Source of the DNA: Candidatus Gottesmanbacteria bacterium
GTDB taxonomy: Bacteria > Patescibacteriota > Microgenomatia > UBA10105 > UBA927
Length of the DNA: 64,000 nt
Direction: 5' to 3'
Assembly (NCBI GenBank): GCA_963714095.1
Contig: OY970230.1
Location: 198,206 to 262,205 of the forward strand
Position numbers and translations under genes: made by a program
Notes under the pieces: generated by a model
Told to the model about the DNA's origin: nothing
What the model saw: the letters and a program-made list of their open reading frames with translations, nothing else
The model's database searches: none
Shown here: one piece after another, positions 46,980 through 55,616 of the stretch
Layout of the letters: each line of letters opens with the position of its first letter
Numbering within the stretch: position 1 is the first letter of the stretch

Positions 46980-47680
46980 ATTTTTTGCATACAGCAATAA
47001 ATATTGGTAAACCCCCGTTCCTTTTGATATTCCTCGTCCAATTTTCGCTCAAAAAATCGGGCGAAAAATGGGGATCTGCGGAAAATCCATTTTGATATAT
47101 AAAGATTTAAAATCCAGGCTGTTTCCCACCATGCACCGGCACATTGGATTTTAACAATCTTCATGCCTGACCCCCGGACATACGCGATAATCGAACCTAC
47201 CGTATAATGCCTGTGGCCAGTTAACCAAAACGCCGGATCCAATAACGTGCTAATAATAAACCGGTGCGGCGTAGAAATATAACACGCACCACCCCGTTTC
47301 AGTACGCGGGAAATCTCCCGAAACATTATATATTCCGTTCCTTTTGGAATGTGCTCGAGAACTTCCCACGATACGACTGTATCAAACGAACGTTTTGGAA
47401 AAGGTATTACTGTGGCGCTGCCGACGATAAAATGAATTTTTTTGTCATAAATAGACCGCTTCGCCGTACGAAAATCTTCCTCAGTCAACTCAGTTCCCAC
47501 GATAGATCGGACGTTATTTTTTTTCGCAAATACCTCAAACCACCCATACCCGCAGCCGATATCGAGAACTTTTTTATATGTTATATCACCGATCCGTACA
47601 AAAGAAGCCGTAAAACGCAGACGTTCATGAAGCGGAGCATATGGCGATACCTTGGTGATATTTTTCATACAGGGCGACAA
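46976..47680 (-). CDS. class I SAM-dependent methyltransferase
   Basis: Motif I VLDIGCGYGWFE, followed by FDTVVSWEVLEHI and LKRGGACYIST. Confidence 0.85.
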   Translation of the reverse strand: MSPCMKNITKVSPYAPLHERLRFTASFVRIGDITYKKVLDIGCGYGWFEVFAKKNNVRSIVGTELTEEDFRTAKRSIYDKKIHFIVGSATVIPFPKRSFDTVVSWEVLEHIPKGTEYIMFREISRVLKRGGACYISTPHRFIISTLLDPAFWLTGHRHYTVGSIIAYVRGSGMKIVKIQCAGAWWETAWILNLYISKWIFRRSPFFARFFERKLDEEYQKERGFTNIYCCMQKI

Positions 47681-47720
47681 ATAACTCCTTGCTTATACCT
47701 ATGATTCGCACAAAATACCC

Positions 47721-49031
47721 TTATCGCAGGTTTTGTAATCGGAAAAATGATTCCAATGTTTTTTCTATATATCCGATCATTTGAACTGTAATACCGGGCC
47801 AGACTCCTATCCAAAATCCGTAATTCATAACCGTGTCTGAATTTTTCATAGATCCGGAAATACGTATATCTTTTCTACCGATATAGGCGGGGTGACGAAG
47901 AAGGTTTCCGGCAAACAGATTTCGGGTCCCGATGTTATGTTCCTCCAAATACTTGACCAATTCCAGCCGTGTAAATGGCGCAGTATCTTTGACAACCAGC
48001 ATAAATCCGAACCAGCAGGGGTCAGAGACCGGATCCCACTCGGGCAAAATAAAATATTTCTCATATTTTTTGAAAAAATCATATAGAAGGGTGAAATTTC
48101 TCTTACGCTTTTTTATAAATACGGGAAGTTTTTTTAACTGGGCAACGCCGATAGCCGCCTGAAAATCAGTCAGCTTGAGATTGTAACCGATTTGAGAATA
48201 AATATATTTATGATCGTATCCTTTCGGCAGTTCCCCAAGCTGCCAGCCAAAACGCCGTTTGCATGTATTGTCCTTCCCCGTATCGCACCAGCAATCCCTC
48301 CCCCAATCACGGAACTGACGCAGAGCCTTATGAATCAGAGGATTATTCGTCACAATCGCCCCGCCTTCGCCCATGGTAATCTGATGTGCCGGATAAAAAG
48401 AAAAGGTCCCGATATGGCCAAACGTGCTTAACTTTTTGCCCTGATATGTCGATCCGAGCCCGTCGCAGCAATCCTCAATAAACCATAGATTATACTTCAC
48501 TACGAGCCGCATAATGCCCTCTATGGGCAAAGGATTCCCGAGGGTATGTGCAAGCATGATAACCCTTGTTTTCTTCGTTATAGCCTGTTCTATAGCCTCA
48601 CACGTAGGATTTCTTGTCCCCAAATCAACATCTACGAATACCGGCACGCATTTATTCTGAATAATAGGATTAACGGTCGTCGGAAAGGCACACGCTGCGG
48701 CGATGATTTCATCTCCCGGCTTGAGTGCTTTTTTGCCGAATACGGAAGACGTGAGGGCGGTCAATGCCAGCAAGTTGGCGGAAGATCCGGAATTTACCAG
48801 TGTTACGTATCGTATGCCGAGATACGAAGCAAAATTCTTTTCAAACTTTTTGGCAAACTCCCCCTCCGTCCACCACCCGTCCAGCACTGCTTCCGCACCA
48901 CTGAGCAATTCCTGTTGGTCAAACACTTTCCCGGAAACCGGTACTGAAGACTTTCCGGGTTTAAATGGACGGGTGGAATATTTCTGACGTGCGTATGAAC
49001 GAATTAGCCCTGCAATATTTGCTGGCATCAT
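47721..49031 (-). CDS. rfbH: CDP-4-keto-6-deoxy-D-glucose 3-dehydrase (E1; RfbH/DdhC/AscC type, PMP and [2Fe-2S] dependent)
   Basis: DegT-family fold, but the Schiff-base Lys is replaced by His: FYPAHQITMGEGG, with H216 at nt 48384-48386 (checked; codon CAT). Cys189, Cys247, Cys249 and Cys257 give exactly C-X57-C-X1-C-X7-C. RfbH-type N-terminus PVSGKVFDQQELLSGAEAVLDGWWTEG. Confidence 0.9.
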   Translation of the reverse strand: MMPANIAGLIRSYARQKYSTRPFKPGKSSVPVSGKVFDQQELLSGAEAVLDGWWTEGEFAKKFEKNFASYLGIRYVTLVNSGSSANLLALTALTSSVFGKKALKPGDEIIAAACAFPTTVNPIIQNKCVPVFVDVDLGTRNPTCEAIEQAITKKTRVIMLAHTLGNPLPIEGIMRLVVKYNLWFIEDCCDGLGSTYQGKKLSTFGHIGTFSFYPAHQITMGEGGAIVTNNPLIHKALRQFRDWGRDCWCDTGKDNTCKRRFGWQLGELPKGYDHKYIYSQIGYNLKLTDFQAAIGVAQLKKLPVFIKKRKRNFTLLYDFFKKYEKYFILPEWDPVSDPCWFGFMLVVKDTAPFTRLELVKYLEEHNIGTRNLFAGNLLRHPAYIGRKDIRISGSMKNSDTVMNYGFWIGVWPGITVQMIGYIEKTLESFFRLQNLR

Positions 49032-49954
49032 ATATTTTTCTTCAAAATCGACTGAATTGTTTCTATAATTTGGTTGACAGTCAAACCGTTGGCCTCTCTC
49101 ATATATTCCTGCAAACCCATACCTTTCGTAAACCTATCGGGTACACCGATTCGCCTGAAAGGAATTGCATTACCGTGTTCCGCGAGTATTTCCGATACTG
49201 CGCTTCCTAATCCTCCGATTACACTGTGTTCCTCCAAAGTAAATATCGCTTTCGTGTATTTTGCGGAATCCAAAATCAATTGCTGATCTATGGGTTTTAT
49301 TGTATGCATACTGATCAACCGTCCCTGCATTCCCTGAATGGCAAGTTTCTCAACCACATCTATACCGCGTGCGACAAGCGTTGATGTTGCAATAAGACAA
49401 TAGTCCTTTCCTTTCCTCAGGATAATACCCTTACCAATTTTAAAATGCGGCGGCTTATCATACAAACGAGGTTCTCCGGCTTTCCCGATCCGCAGATAGA
49501 CGGGACCTTTGTGCATCAAGGCGGCCCGCGTCGCTAGCTCCGCCTCTATCGGATCTGCCGGGCAGACTATTGTCATGTTCGGGAGGGTTCGCATTATACC
49601 GATATCTTCCAGACTATGATGTGTATGTCCGTAGGGACCGTATGCGAATCCCGCCCCAACACCGACAATTTTAACATTCAAATTTTGATAGCAAATATCA
49701 TTCCTCACCTGTTCAAAATTCCGCATGGTAACAAACGGAATAATAGAATAGATAATAGGAATTTTTCCCTCAAGCGCCATACCCGCCGCGACCCCTGTCA
49801 TGTTCTGCTCGGCAATCCCCATATTAATATATTGCCGGGGCACCTCATGAATATACTTTTCAAAAACGGAATATCCCAAATCTCCTGTAAGCAGGATGAT
49901 CCGTCTATCTTGTTTTGCCAACTGAAGTATCGTTTTCGTAAATGCTATTCTCAT
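49028..49954 (-). CDS. transketolase, C-terminal (pyrimidine-binding/C-domain) subunit
   Basis: MGIAEQNMTGVAAGMALEGKIP and HHSLEDIGIMRTLPNMTIVCPADP are typical of split transketolase subunit B. ATGA overlap with the rfbH start. Confidence 0.9.
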   Translation of the reverse strand: MRIAFTKTILQLAKQDRRIILLTGDLGYSVFEKYIHEVPRQYINMGIAEQNMTGVAAGMALEGKIPIIYSIIPFVTMRNFEQVRNDICYQNLNVKIVGVGAGFAYGPYGHTHHSLEDIGIMRTLPNMTIVCPADPIEAELATRAALMHKGPVYLRIGKAGEPRLYDKPPHFKIGKGIILRKGKDYCLIATSTLVARGIDVVEKLAIQGMQGRLISMHTIKPIDQQLILDSAKYTKAIFTLEEHSVIGGLGSAVSEILAEHGNAIPFRRIGVPDRFTKGMGLQEYMREANGLTVNQIIETIQSILKKNI

Positions 49955-50796
49955 ACTGCTTCCAAATCCTTTAATGCTTTATCAAACTCCTTTTCCGTCG
50001 GAGCTTTATACTGGGACGAAACTGTGCCTATATACCTGGCTACACCCCCAAGACCTTTTATCGTATGAGCGATAATTACCGATGGCTTTCCGTTTCGGAA
50101 TGGAAGAGTTCTAAACGTTTGGATAACTTTCTTAATATTATGCCCGTCTACCTCCGCGACTTCCCAATCAAAACTTTGCCATTTTTCTTTCAACGGTTCC
50201 AGATCTAACACATCTTTGGTGAATCCGAAGCCCTGCAGCTTATTATAATCGACGATAGCAATAAGGTTATCCAGCTTATGATATCCGGCAAACAATATAG
50301 CTTCCCATGTAGAACCTTCATCACATTCACCGTCGGACAGTACAGCGAATACTCGATAAGCCTTTTTATCCTGTTTCCCTACCCACGCCATTCCTGCAGC
50401 CATGGGTAACCCGTGGCCCAGAGAACCGGACGAAATTTCAATACCCGCGATACCTCGTACCGAATGTCCCGGCAATAATCCGCCGTCATGCTCATAGCCT
50501 TTCAACAGTTTTTTATCAAAGAAGCCACGTTCTGCAAGTACGGCATACAGAGCTTTAGCGTCATGCGCTTTGCTGAATACCAGCCTGTCCCGACGTGGAT
50601 TCACCGGATCGCCGGGATATACCTTCATTATCCGAAAATACAACGCTACCAAAATTTCCACACACGATAGCGCGCCGCCCGTATGTGCACTCTGAGCCAG
50701 ATAGCTCATCGTCAGAATATCCCGACGGATATCTCTTGCAATAGTTTCTAACGTTTTTCTTTTACTACGGGTAATTGTTCTCATCTTCAGTATCAA
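49951..50796 (-). CDS. transketolase, N-terminal (ThDP-binding) subunit
   Basis: SAHTGGALSCVEIL, SKAHDAKALYAVLAERG, and the ThDP/Mg motif VLSDGECDEGSTWEAILFAGYHKLDNLIAIVDYN. Confidence 0.9.
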   Translation of the reverse strand: MILKMRTITRSKRKTLETIARDIRRDILTMSYLAQSAHTGGALSCVEILVALYFRIMKVYPGDPVNPRRDRLVFSKAHDAKALYAVLAERGFFDKKLLKGYEHDGGLLPGHSVRGIAGIEISSGSLGHGLPMAAGMAWVGKQDKKAYRVFAVLSDGECDEGSTWEAILFAGYHKLDNLIAIVDYNKLQGFGFTKDVLDLEPLKEKWQSFDWEVAEVDGHNIKKVIQTFRTLPFRNGKPSVIIAHTIKGLGGVARYIGTVSSQYKAPTEKEFDKALKDLEAV

Positions 50797-50921
50797 TATA
50801 ATAATTATTTATCGTTTTACGCATGATCAACCTCACTATACTTTTTTAAACCCTGCATTCGTTTCAGAAACATTTTCCTCTTCGTTCTATCAGGGGATGC
50901 ACGCTTCTCTGCTTTTCTTCG
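50797..50921. promoter_or_regulatory. intergenic gap inside the CDP-sugar cassette, possible internal promoter
   Basis: 125-nt spacer between the aminotransferase and the transketolase genes. On the transcribed strand it ends in an AT-rich stretch with TATTAT/TATATT-like boxes just upstream of 50796. No convincing -35 found. Confidence 0.2.
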
Positions 50922-52034
50922 TTACCGATATCGAATAAGTTTTGTGAGCTTCTCACAAATGAATGCAACGTCCGATTCTGTTATATCGGCGGCAGACGGC
51001 AGGTTGAATCCATATTTCTCTACTTTTGCGGCTTCAGGATTAGGGAATCGGCGCTCGTACATGGGAAATCCGCTCATCCGGGGAAACGCGACCCTTCCAT
51101 GAATATTCCATCGTTCCAATTTACTTACCAAATCCTTATTGGATATTTTTTTTGAAGTGAGTAAAGCGGAGGGATATGCGTAATTACTGCGGCATCCGGG
51201 CCTTTCTTTAATGAGTTTTAATTCATGTACATCTTTCAGCCGTGAGTAATACCAGCCGAATATTCTCCGTTTTTTTGCAACGAGTTCTTCTATGCGCTCG
51301 ACCTGAGCAAGCGCCAGGGCTGCTGTCACATTTGCCATTTGATATTCATATCCCAGTGAATCACACCAAAAATTGAATTTCCTATTCGTTCTGCCCATGT
51401 TACTGAAAAGAATAGCTTTATCAAGGTATGCCTTATTATTTGTAATAAACATCCCGCCTTCACCAGAAACGGCGATTTTTGCCCCATGAAATGAATAGGC
51501 GCCGACGTCACCGAACGTGCCCACTTTCTTTCCTTTATATAAGGAGCCGAGCGAAGGAGCCGCATCTTCAATAACTTTAAGTTTATACTTTCCGGCAATT
51601 CGCATTATTTCATCCATTTCCGCCGGATGCCCGAAGGTATGAACGAGCATAATACCTTTCGTCTTTTTTGTAATTGCGCGTTCTACGGCTTTGGGATCAA
51701 TACACCATGTATCAGGATCAATATCAACAAATACAGGAGTTGCACCCGTATATGCGATCACGTGAGCGGTTGCGGCCCAACTGGTATCCACACATATTAC
51801 CTCGTCACCTTTTTGAAAACCGCAGACCAAACATGCAAGATGGAGTGAATGTGTTGCACAAAAACCGGCTAAAGAATACTTCGCACCGGTATAGTCACAC
51901 ATACGTTTTTCTAGTTTCTTTATATGCTTGTCAAATGTTGAGTACCACCCTGTCTTAACAGCATCGACAACATAATCAACTTCTTTTTGAGTCATCGATG
52001 GACCTGCAAAACTAATCCTTTTATATTTTTTCAT
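50922..52034 (-). CDS. DegT/DnrJ/EryC1/StrS-family NDP-sugar aminotransferase (PLP-dependent)
   Basis: Retains the catalytic Lys: AYSFHGAKIAVSGEGGMFITN. Length 370 aa. Confidence 0.9.
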   Translation of the reverse strand: MKKYKRISFAGPSMTQKEVDYVVDAVKTGWYSTFDKHIKKLEKRMCDYTGAKYSLAGFCATHSLHLACLVCGFQKGDEVICVDTSWAATAHVIAYTGATPVFVDIDPDTWCIDPKAVERAITKKTKGIMLVHTFGHPAEMDEIMRIAGKYKLKVIEDAAPSLGSLYKGKKVGTFGDVGAYSFHGAKIAVSGEGGMFITNNKAYLDKAILFSNMGRTNRKFNFWCDSLGYEYQMANVTAALALAQVERIEELVAKKRRIFGWYYSRLKDVHELKLIKERPGCRSNYAYPSALLTSKKISNKDLVSKLERWNIHGRVAFPRMSGFPMYERRFPNPEAAKVEKYGFNLPSAADITESDVAFICEKLTKLIRYR

Positions 52035-52719
52035 ACGGTAATTTCATAACTACACTATATCGTTTTATTGTTCCTTTATAACCTTTGGGTGCATTTTGCC
52101 ATTCAATTCTATCAGATTTAACAATCCTGATCATGGGCGTCCGTTTCACTTCAGTAAAATCAAGCTTTCGGTAAAGGCGAATGGCTCTTATATTATCAGA
52201 CGTTGTAGACAGCATATACGTTTTAATTCCAAATTCAACCCTGCCCCAACATATCATATGACGTATCGCATCTTCTATAATTCCGGGGTATAAATTCACA
52301 CCACGCACAATATTATCTATTTCGCAGATACGTTTTTGAAAATTAAAACGATACAAGCCGATATGACCGATGTACCGGTTTTTTACTTTTATCATAAATA
52401 AAATCCTGTCGGGTTCATTCACAACTTTATCGCGCAACCATTTTTCGGTTCCTTCCAAGGTAACCGGGAATATTGCAGGAAACCATTGCTCATGCTTTTT
52501 TCTCCATAACGCGAGTAGTTTAATAATTTTTTTATCAGTTCTCTGGTTGTCCGTAACGAGAACTAAATAATAACGAATTTTTCTAAAAATTATTTTAATT
52601 TGTAATTTTTTTCCGTGTTTAAGCAATGAAATTTTGTCTTTCACCAAACTGCTGATATCTCGCTCCGTTAATTTCATAATCAACCTAATGCTCTGTCTTT
52701 TATTCTTTCGATATATCAA
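52021..52719 (-). CDS. GNAT-family N-acetyltransferase (PseH/WecD-like sugar N-acyltransferase candidate)
   Basis: IGHIGLYRFNFQKRICEIDNIVRG ... AIRLYRKLDFTEV has a GNAT-like core. Overlaps the aminotransferase start by 14 nt. Confidence 0.6.
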   Translation of the reverse strand: MIYRKNKRQSIRLIMKLTERDISSLVKDKISLLKHGKKLQIKIIFRKIRYYLVLVTDNQRTDKKIIKLLALWRKKHEQWFPAIFPVTLEGTEKWLRDKVVNEPDRILFMIKVKNRYIGHIGLYRFNFQKRICEIDNIVRGVNLYPGIIEDAIRHMICWGRVEFGIKTYMLSTTSDNIRAIRLYRKLDFTEVKRTPMIRIVKSDRIEWQNAPKGYKGTIKRYSVVMKLPYEKI

Positions 52720-52723
52720 CTAA

Positions 52724-53686
52724 TTATTTCAAGATAGAATTATACCAGCGGCGGATTAAAGGAAGTGTGTTTTTAATCGAATATGTAGGTCTCCATCCCA
52801 GATTGATAATCTTCCCTGCATTCAAATGCTGGTACGGAATTTCGTTCTTCGCCGAGTTTTCTATAACATACGGTATTTTTCTTTTTAGTATCCTTTCTGT
52901 TTGCCTGATGAGAGCTATCACTGAACACGAGTCGCTGGAGGATAAATTAAATGCCTCCCCATTAGTTTTATCTCTATGTTCAAGAAGGAACAAATAGCCG
53001 GATACTACATCTTCAACGTAAATATAGTCCCGGACATATGAACCGTCACTTCGAATAACCAATTTTTCTTTCGTGACAACTGCTTTCATTATTCCCGGAA
53101 TAATCCGTGAAAAATTCAGATCACCTTCTCCGTAAATATTTCCTGCCCGTGTAACGACGATAGGCAAATGGTATGTTTTTGCGTATGCGTGTGCGAGAAG
53201 ATCCGTTGCCGATTTAGAAACCTCATATGGATGGTCGCCTCTCAAAGGATCCGTCTCGATATAGGGTTTCCTGCTTTTTCCGTAGCTTTTATCAGACGAT
53301 GCAACAATGACTCCTTTCACATGAGTAAAAAGTCGTGCCGCATCGAGAATATAGGTGGTACCCATGATATTAGTTTCAATTGTTTCCACGGGATTTTCGT
53401 AGGCAGTAGGCACTATTGCCTGAGCGGCTAAGTGGAAAATATAGTCAATTTCATATTTTGACACGATATCAAAAACCCGATCTTTATCTTTAAGGTCACA
53501 TGAAACAAGAACGGTATTTTTTGATAACCGTTCGGTCATGAAATATGAACGGGGGTCTAATGATCGAAACGGCACAAATACCGTTGCATGCCTCCCTAGT
53601 AAGGCTTTCACAAGATGACTTCCAACAAACCCCGTTCCGCCTGTGACCAGAATGTTCTTTCCTGTTAATCTTTCCATATTTTCCAT
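52724..53686 (-). CDS. NDP-hexose 4,6-dehydratase, CDP-glucose 4,6-dehydratase (RfbG)-like
   Basis: ILVTGGTGFVGSHL, PYEVSKSATDLL (YxxxK), and TRAGNIYGEGDLNFSRIIPGIMKA resembling the RfbG RAGNVIGGGD...R.iP element. It sits next to rfbF. It is shorter (320 aa) than the classical RfbG. Confidence 0.65.
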   Translation of the reverse strand: MENMERLTGKNILVTGGTGFVGSHLVKALLGRHATVFVPFRSLDPRSYFMTERLSKNTVLVSCDLKDKDRVFDIVSKYEIDYIFHLAAQAIVPTAYENPVETIETNIMGTTYILDAARLFTHVKGVIVASSDKSYGKSRKPYIETDPLRGDHPYEVSKSATDLLAHAYAKTYHLPIVVTRAGNIYGEGDLNFSRIIPGIMKAVVTKEKLVIRSDGSYVRDYIYVEDVVSGYLFLLEHRDKTNGEAFNLSSSDSCSVIALIRQTERILKRKIPYVIENSAKNEIPYQHLNAGKIINLGWRPTYSIKNTLPLIRRWYNSILK

Positions 53687-54441
53687 TCAGGATTCCGTTT
53701 CCATAATGTATTAAGACGTTCCAAATCCGCATATGTATCCATCGATTGCCAAAAACCTTTATGGACAAAAAGAGATAGCTCCCGGTCTTTAACAAGCCTT
53801 TTTAGTGCCTCATGTTCATATTCAGCCGGCCGCAGATAATTAAAAAACTTTTTATCAAATACCATAAATCCGCCGTTTACCCAATCCTGTAAAACAGGTT
53901 TTTCGACAAACTCCGTTACCCTGTGTTTAACATTTTGCCGGACCATTCCGTATTTACTTTTCGGATACACGCCAGTTATGGTACCGATTGTTTTTTGTTT
54001 TCTGTGAAACTGAACTAATTGCCGGATATTGATATTAGACACACCGTCCCCGTACGTAACCATAAAATCTTTATCAGTTTTCGGGATATAATCTTTTACA
54101 CGTATTATTCTTTCACCCGGAAGTGTCCCCTCTCCCGTATCTACAAAGGTAATTTTGAAATTATCGGCGGCAGATGGGTTTTTATGAAAAATCGCTGAGC
54201 CGGATTTTGTGGATAACGTAAAATTTTGTGAAAAATATTTTTGATTTAAAAAATACTCCTTAATCATATCCCCCTTATACCCGAGGGCAATGATAAAATC
54301 ATTAAACCCGTAGTACGCATACATTTTCATGATATGCCACAGGATTGGTTTATTGCCGACCAACACCATGGGTTTTGGTTTAAACTCTGTTTCCTCCTTT
54401 AATCTGTATCCTATACCGCCACATAAAATAATCGTCTTCAT
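53665..54441 (-). CDS. rfbF: glucose-1-phosphate cytidylyltransferase
   Basis: MKTIILCGGIGYRLKEETEFKPKPMVLVGNKPILWHIMKMYAYYGFNDFIIALGYKG is the canonical RfbF N-terminus. Length 258 aa. Confidence 0.92.
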   Translation of the reverse strand: MKTIILCGGIGYRLKEETEFKPKPMVLVGNKPILWHIMKMYAYYGFNDFIIALGYKGDMIKEYFLNQKYFSQNFTLSTKSGSAIFHKNPSAADNFKITFVDTGEGTLPGERIIRVKDYIPKTDKDFMVTYGDGVSNINIRQLVQFHRKQKTIGTITGVYPKSKYGMVRQNVKHRVTEFVEKPVLQDWVNGGFMVFDKKFFNYLRPAEYEHEALKRLVKDRELSLFVHKGFWQSMDTYADLERLNTLWKRNPEWKIWKD

Positions 54442-54498
54442 ATTTAGTGGCCTATTATAACATTTATTGTCTTTTCGAAAAGTTTTACCGGGGCAGTT

Positions 54499-55608
54499 TT
54501 AGATGTGTATTGCTTTATTTAATAAATGGAGACTTTGTTTAACGGCATCTGTCCAACGCAGGTTGGCTACCCACTTTCTGGCGTTTATTTGATATTCTTT
54601 ATAGTGTAATTTGTCTCTATATAATTTCACCGCCTCCCGTGCCATTTCTCGGGGCGAGCAGCTTTCGATAACCATCCCTGTTTTTCCATGAATGACAACG
54701 TCCCTCAATCCGGGAACGTTATAAACAATTGCAGGTGTGCCTACGGACGCAGCCTCAAGAACAACAAGTCCCCACCCCTCTTTCACAGATGCGTGAAGAA
54801 GAAGGTGTGCCCGTGCCATACGGTTATATTTTTCTTTTTCAGAAACGTTTCCAAAAAAGATTACCCGTTCTTTTATACCGTATTCCGTTATCATTCTTTT
54901 CAATTCATCGATATACTCAGGCTCACCGCCTCCGATAATCCATAACACTGCATCCGTCTGTTCACGCACAATAAACGAAAACGCTTTAATAACCTCCTCG
55001 ATACCCTTCATACGGACGACACGGGATACAAACAGGTATGTAGGATGTATTTCTTTATTTTTCGAGGTTATATGAAACCGGCCGTGTACGGTAATCGGAC
55101 AGGGAATATTTACGCATTGTGATCGGGGAATACCGCGGGATACCAGTTCATCAATCGTCGACGGCGCATCCGTCCAAAAATAACAGTGACGATACAATCG
55201 GAAACACCATCGTTCCAGAAATTTTCCGATGACGTTTTTGGGAAACGAAAACATATAATCCCATATTTCTCCTGCTATCTCATGAATAAAAACGACGACC
55301 GGTTTCCCAGTGAAGAGCGTAGAAAAAAAAGGAAATCCGTGCACCTCGTCGACAATGATATCAAAAGCATTCCTGTGAGTAAGCAAGTAAAATGGGACGT
55401 ACAGATATATTGTGAGTGAGCCCGCCCGCCGGATAAAACGGACACTCTGAACCGTTTCTTCTTTTTTAGCACCGGAATATGCGGCAGTGAGCCATGTCAC
55501 ATCATTCCCCGCTGCCACCCACCCCTTTGCATGCTCAAAGGTCACTACTTCGGCCCCTCCGGATTTCGGATGACGAACATCACGCCAATTAAGTATTAAT
55601 ATGCGCAT
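54499..55608 (-). CDS. glycosyltransferase family 4 (GT-B)
   Basis: MRILILNWRDVRHPKSGGAEV opening. C-domain EGWGLVVLEAASVGTPAIV. Confidence 0.9.
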   Translation of the reverse strand: MRILILNWRDVRHPKSGGAEVVTFEHAKGWVAAGNDVTWLTAAYSGAKKEETVQSVRFIRRAGSLTIYLYVPFYLLTHRNAFDIIVDEVHGFPFFSTLFTGKPVVVFIHEIAGEIWDYMFSFPKNVIGKFLERWCFRLYRHCYFWTDAPSTIDELVSRGIPRSQCVNIPCPITVHGRFHITSKNKEIHPTYLFVSRVVRMKGIEEVIKAFSFIVREQTDAVLWIIGGGEPEYIDELKRMITEYGIKERVIFFGNVSEKEKYNRMARAHLLLHASVKEGWGLVVLEAASVGTPAIVYNVPGLRDVVIHGKTGMVIESCSPREMAREAVKLYRDKLHYKEYQINARKWVANLRWTDAVKQSLHLLNKAIHI

Positions 55609-55616
55609 AATTCTTC

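Noticed and set aside
49028-50796. The transketolase pair could be ordinary pentose-phosphate-pathway housekeeping genes that happen to sit here.
   Set aside because: Cannot be excluded, since reduced genomes often carry a single split transketolase. I kept it as a finding because of the ATGA coupling to the E1 dehydrase and its position in the middle of the CDP-sugar genes. The alternative is stated explicitly in the finding.
50802-50830. Candidate sigma70-type promoter on the minus strand: TTGATC at 50825-50830, a 17-nt spacer, then TAATTA at 50802-50807.
   Set aside because: The -10 candidate matches TATAAT at only two positions. Better -10-like boxes (TATTAT, TATATT) have no acceptable -35 at the right spacing. 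Only the gap itself is reported, at low confidence.
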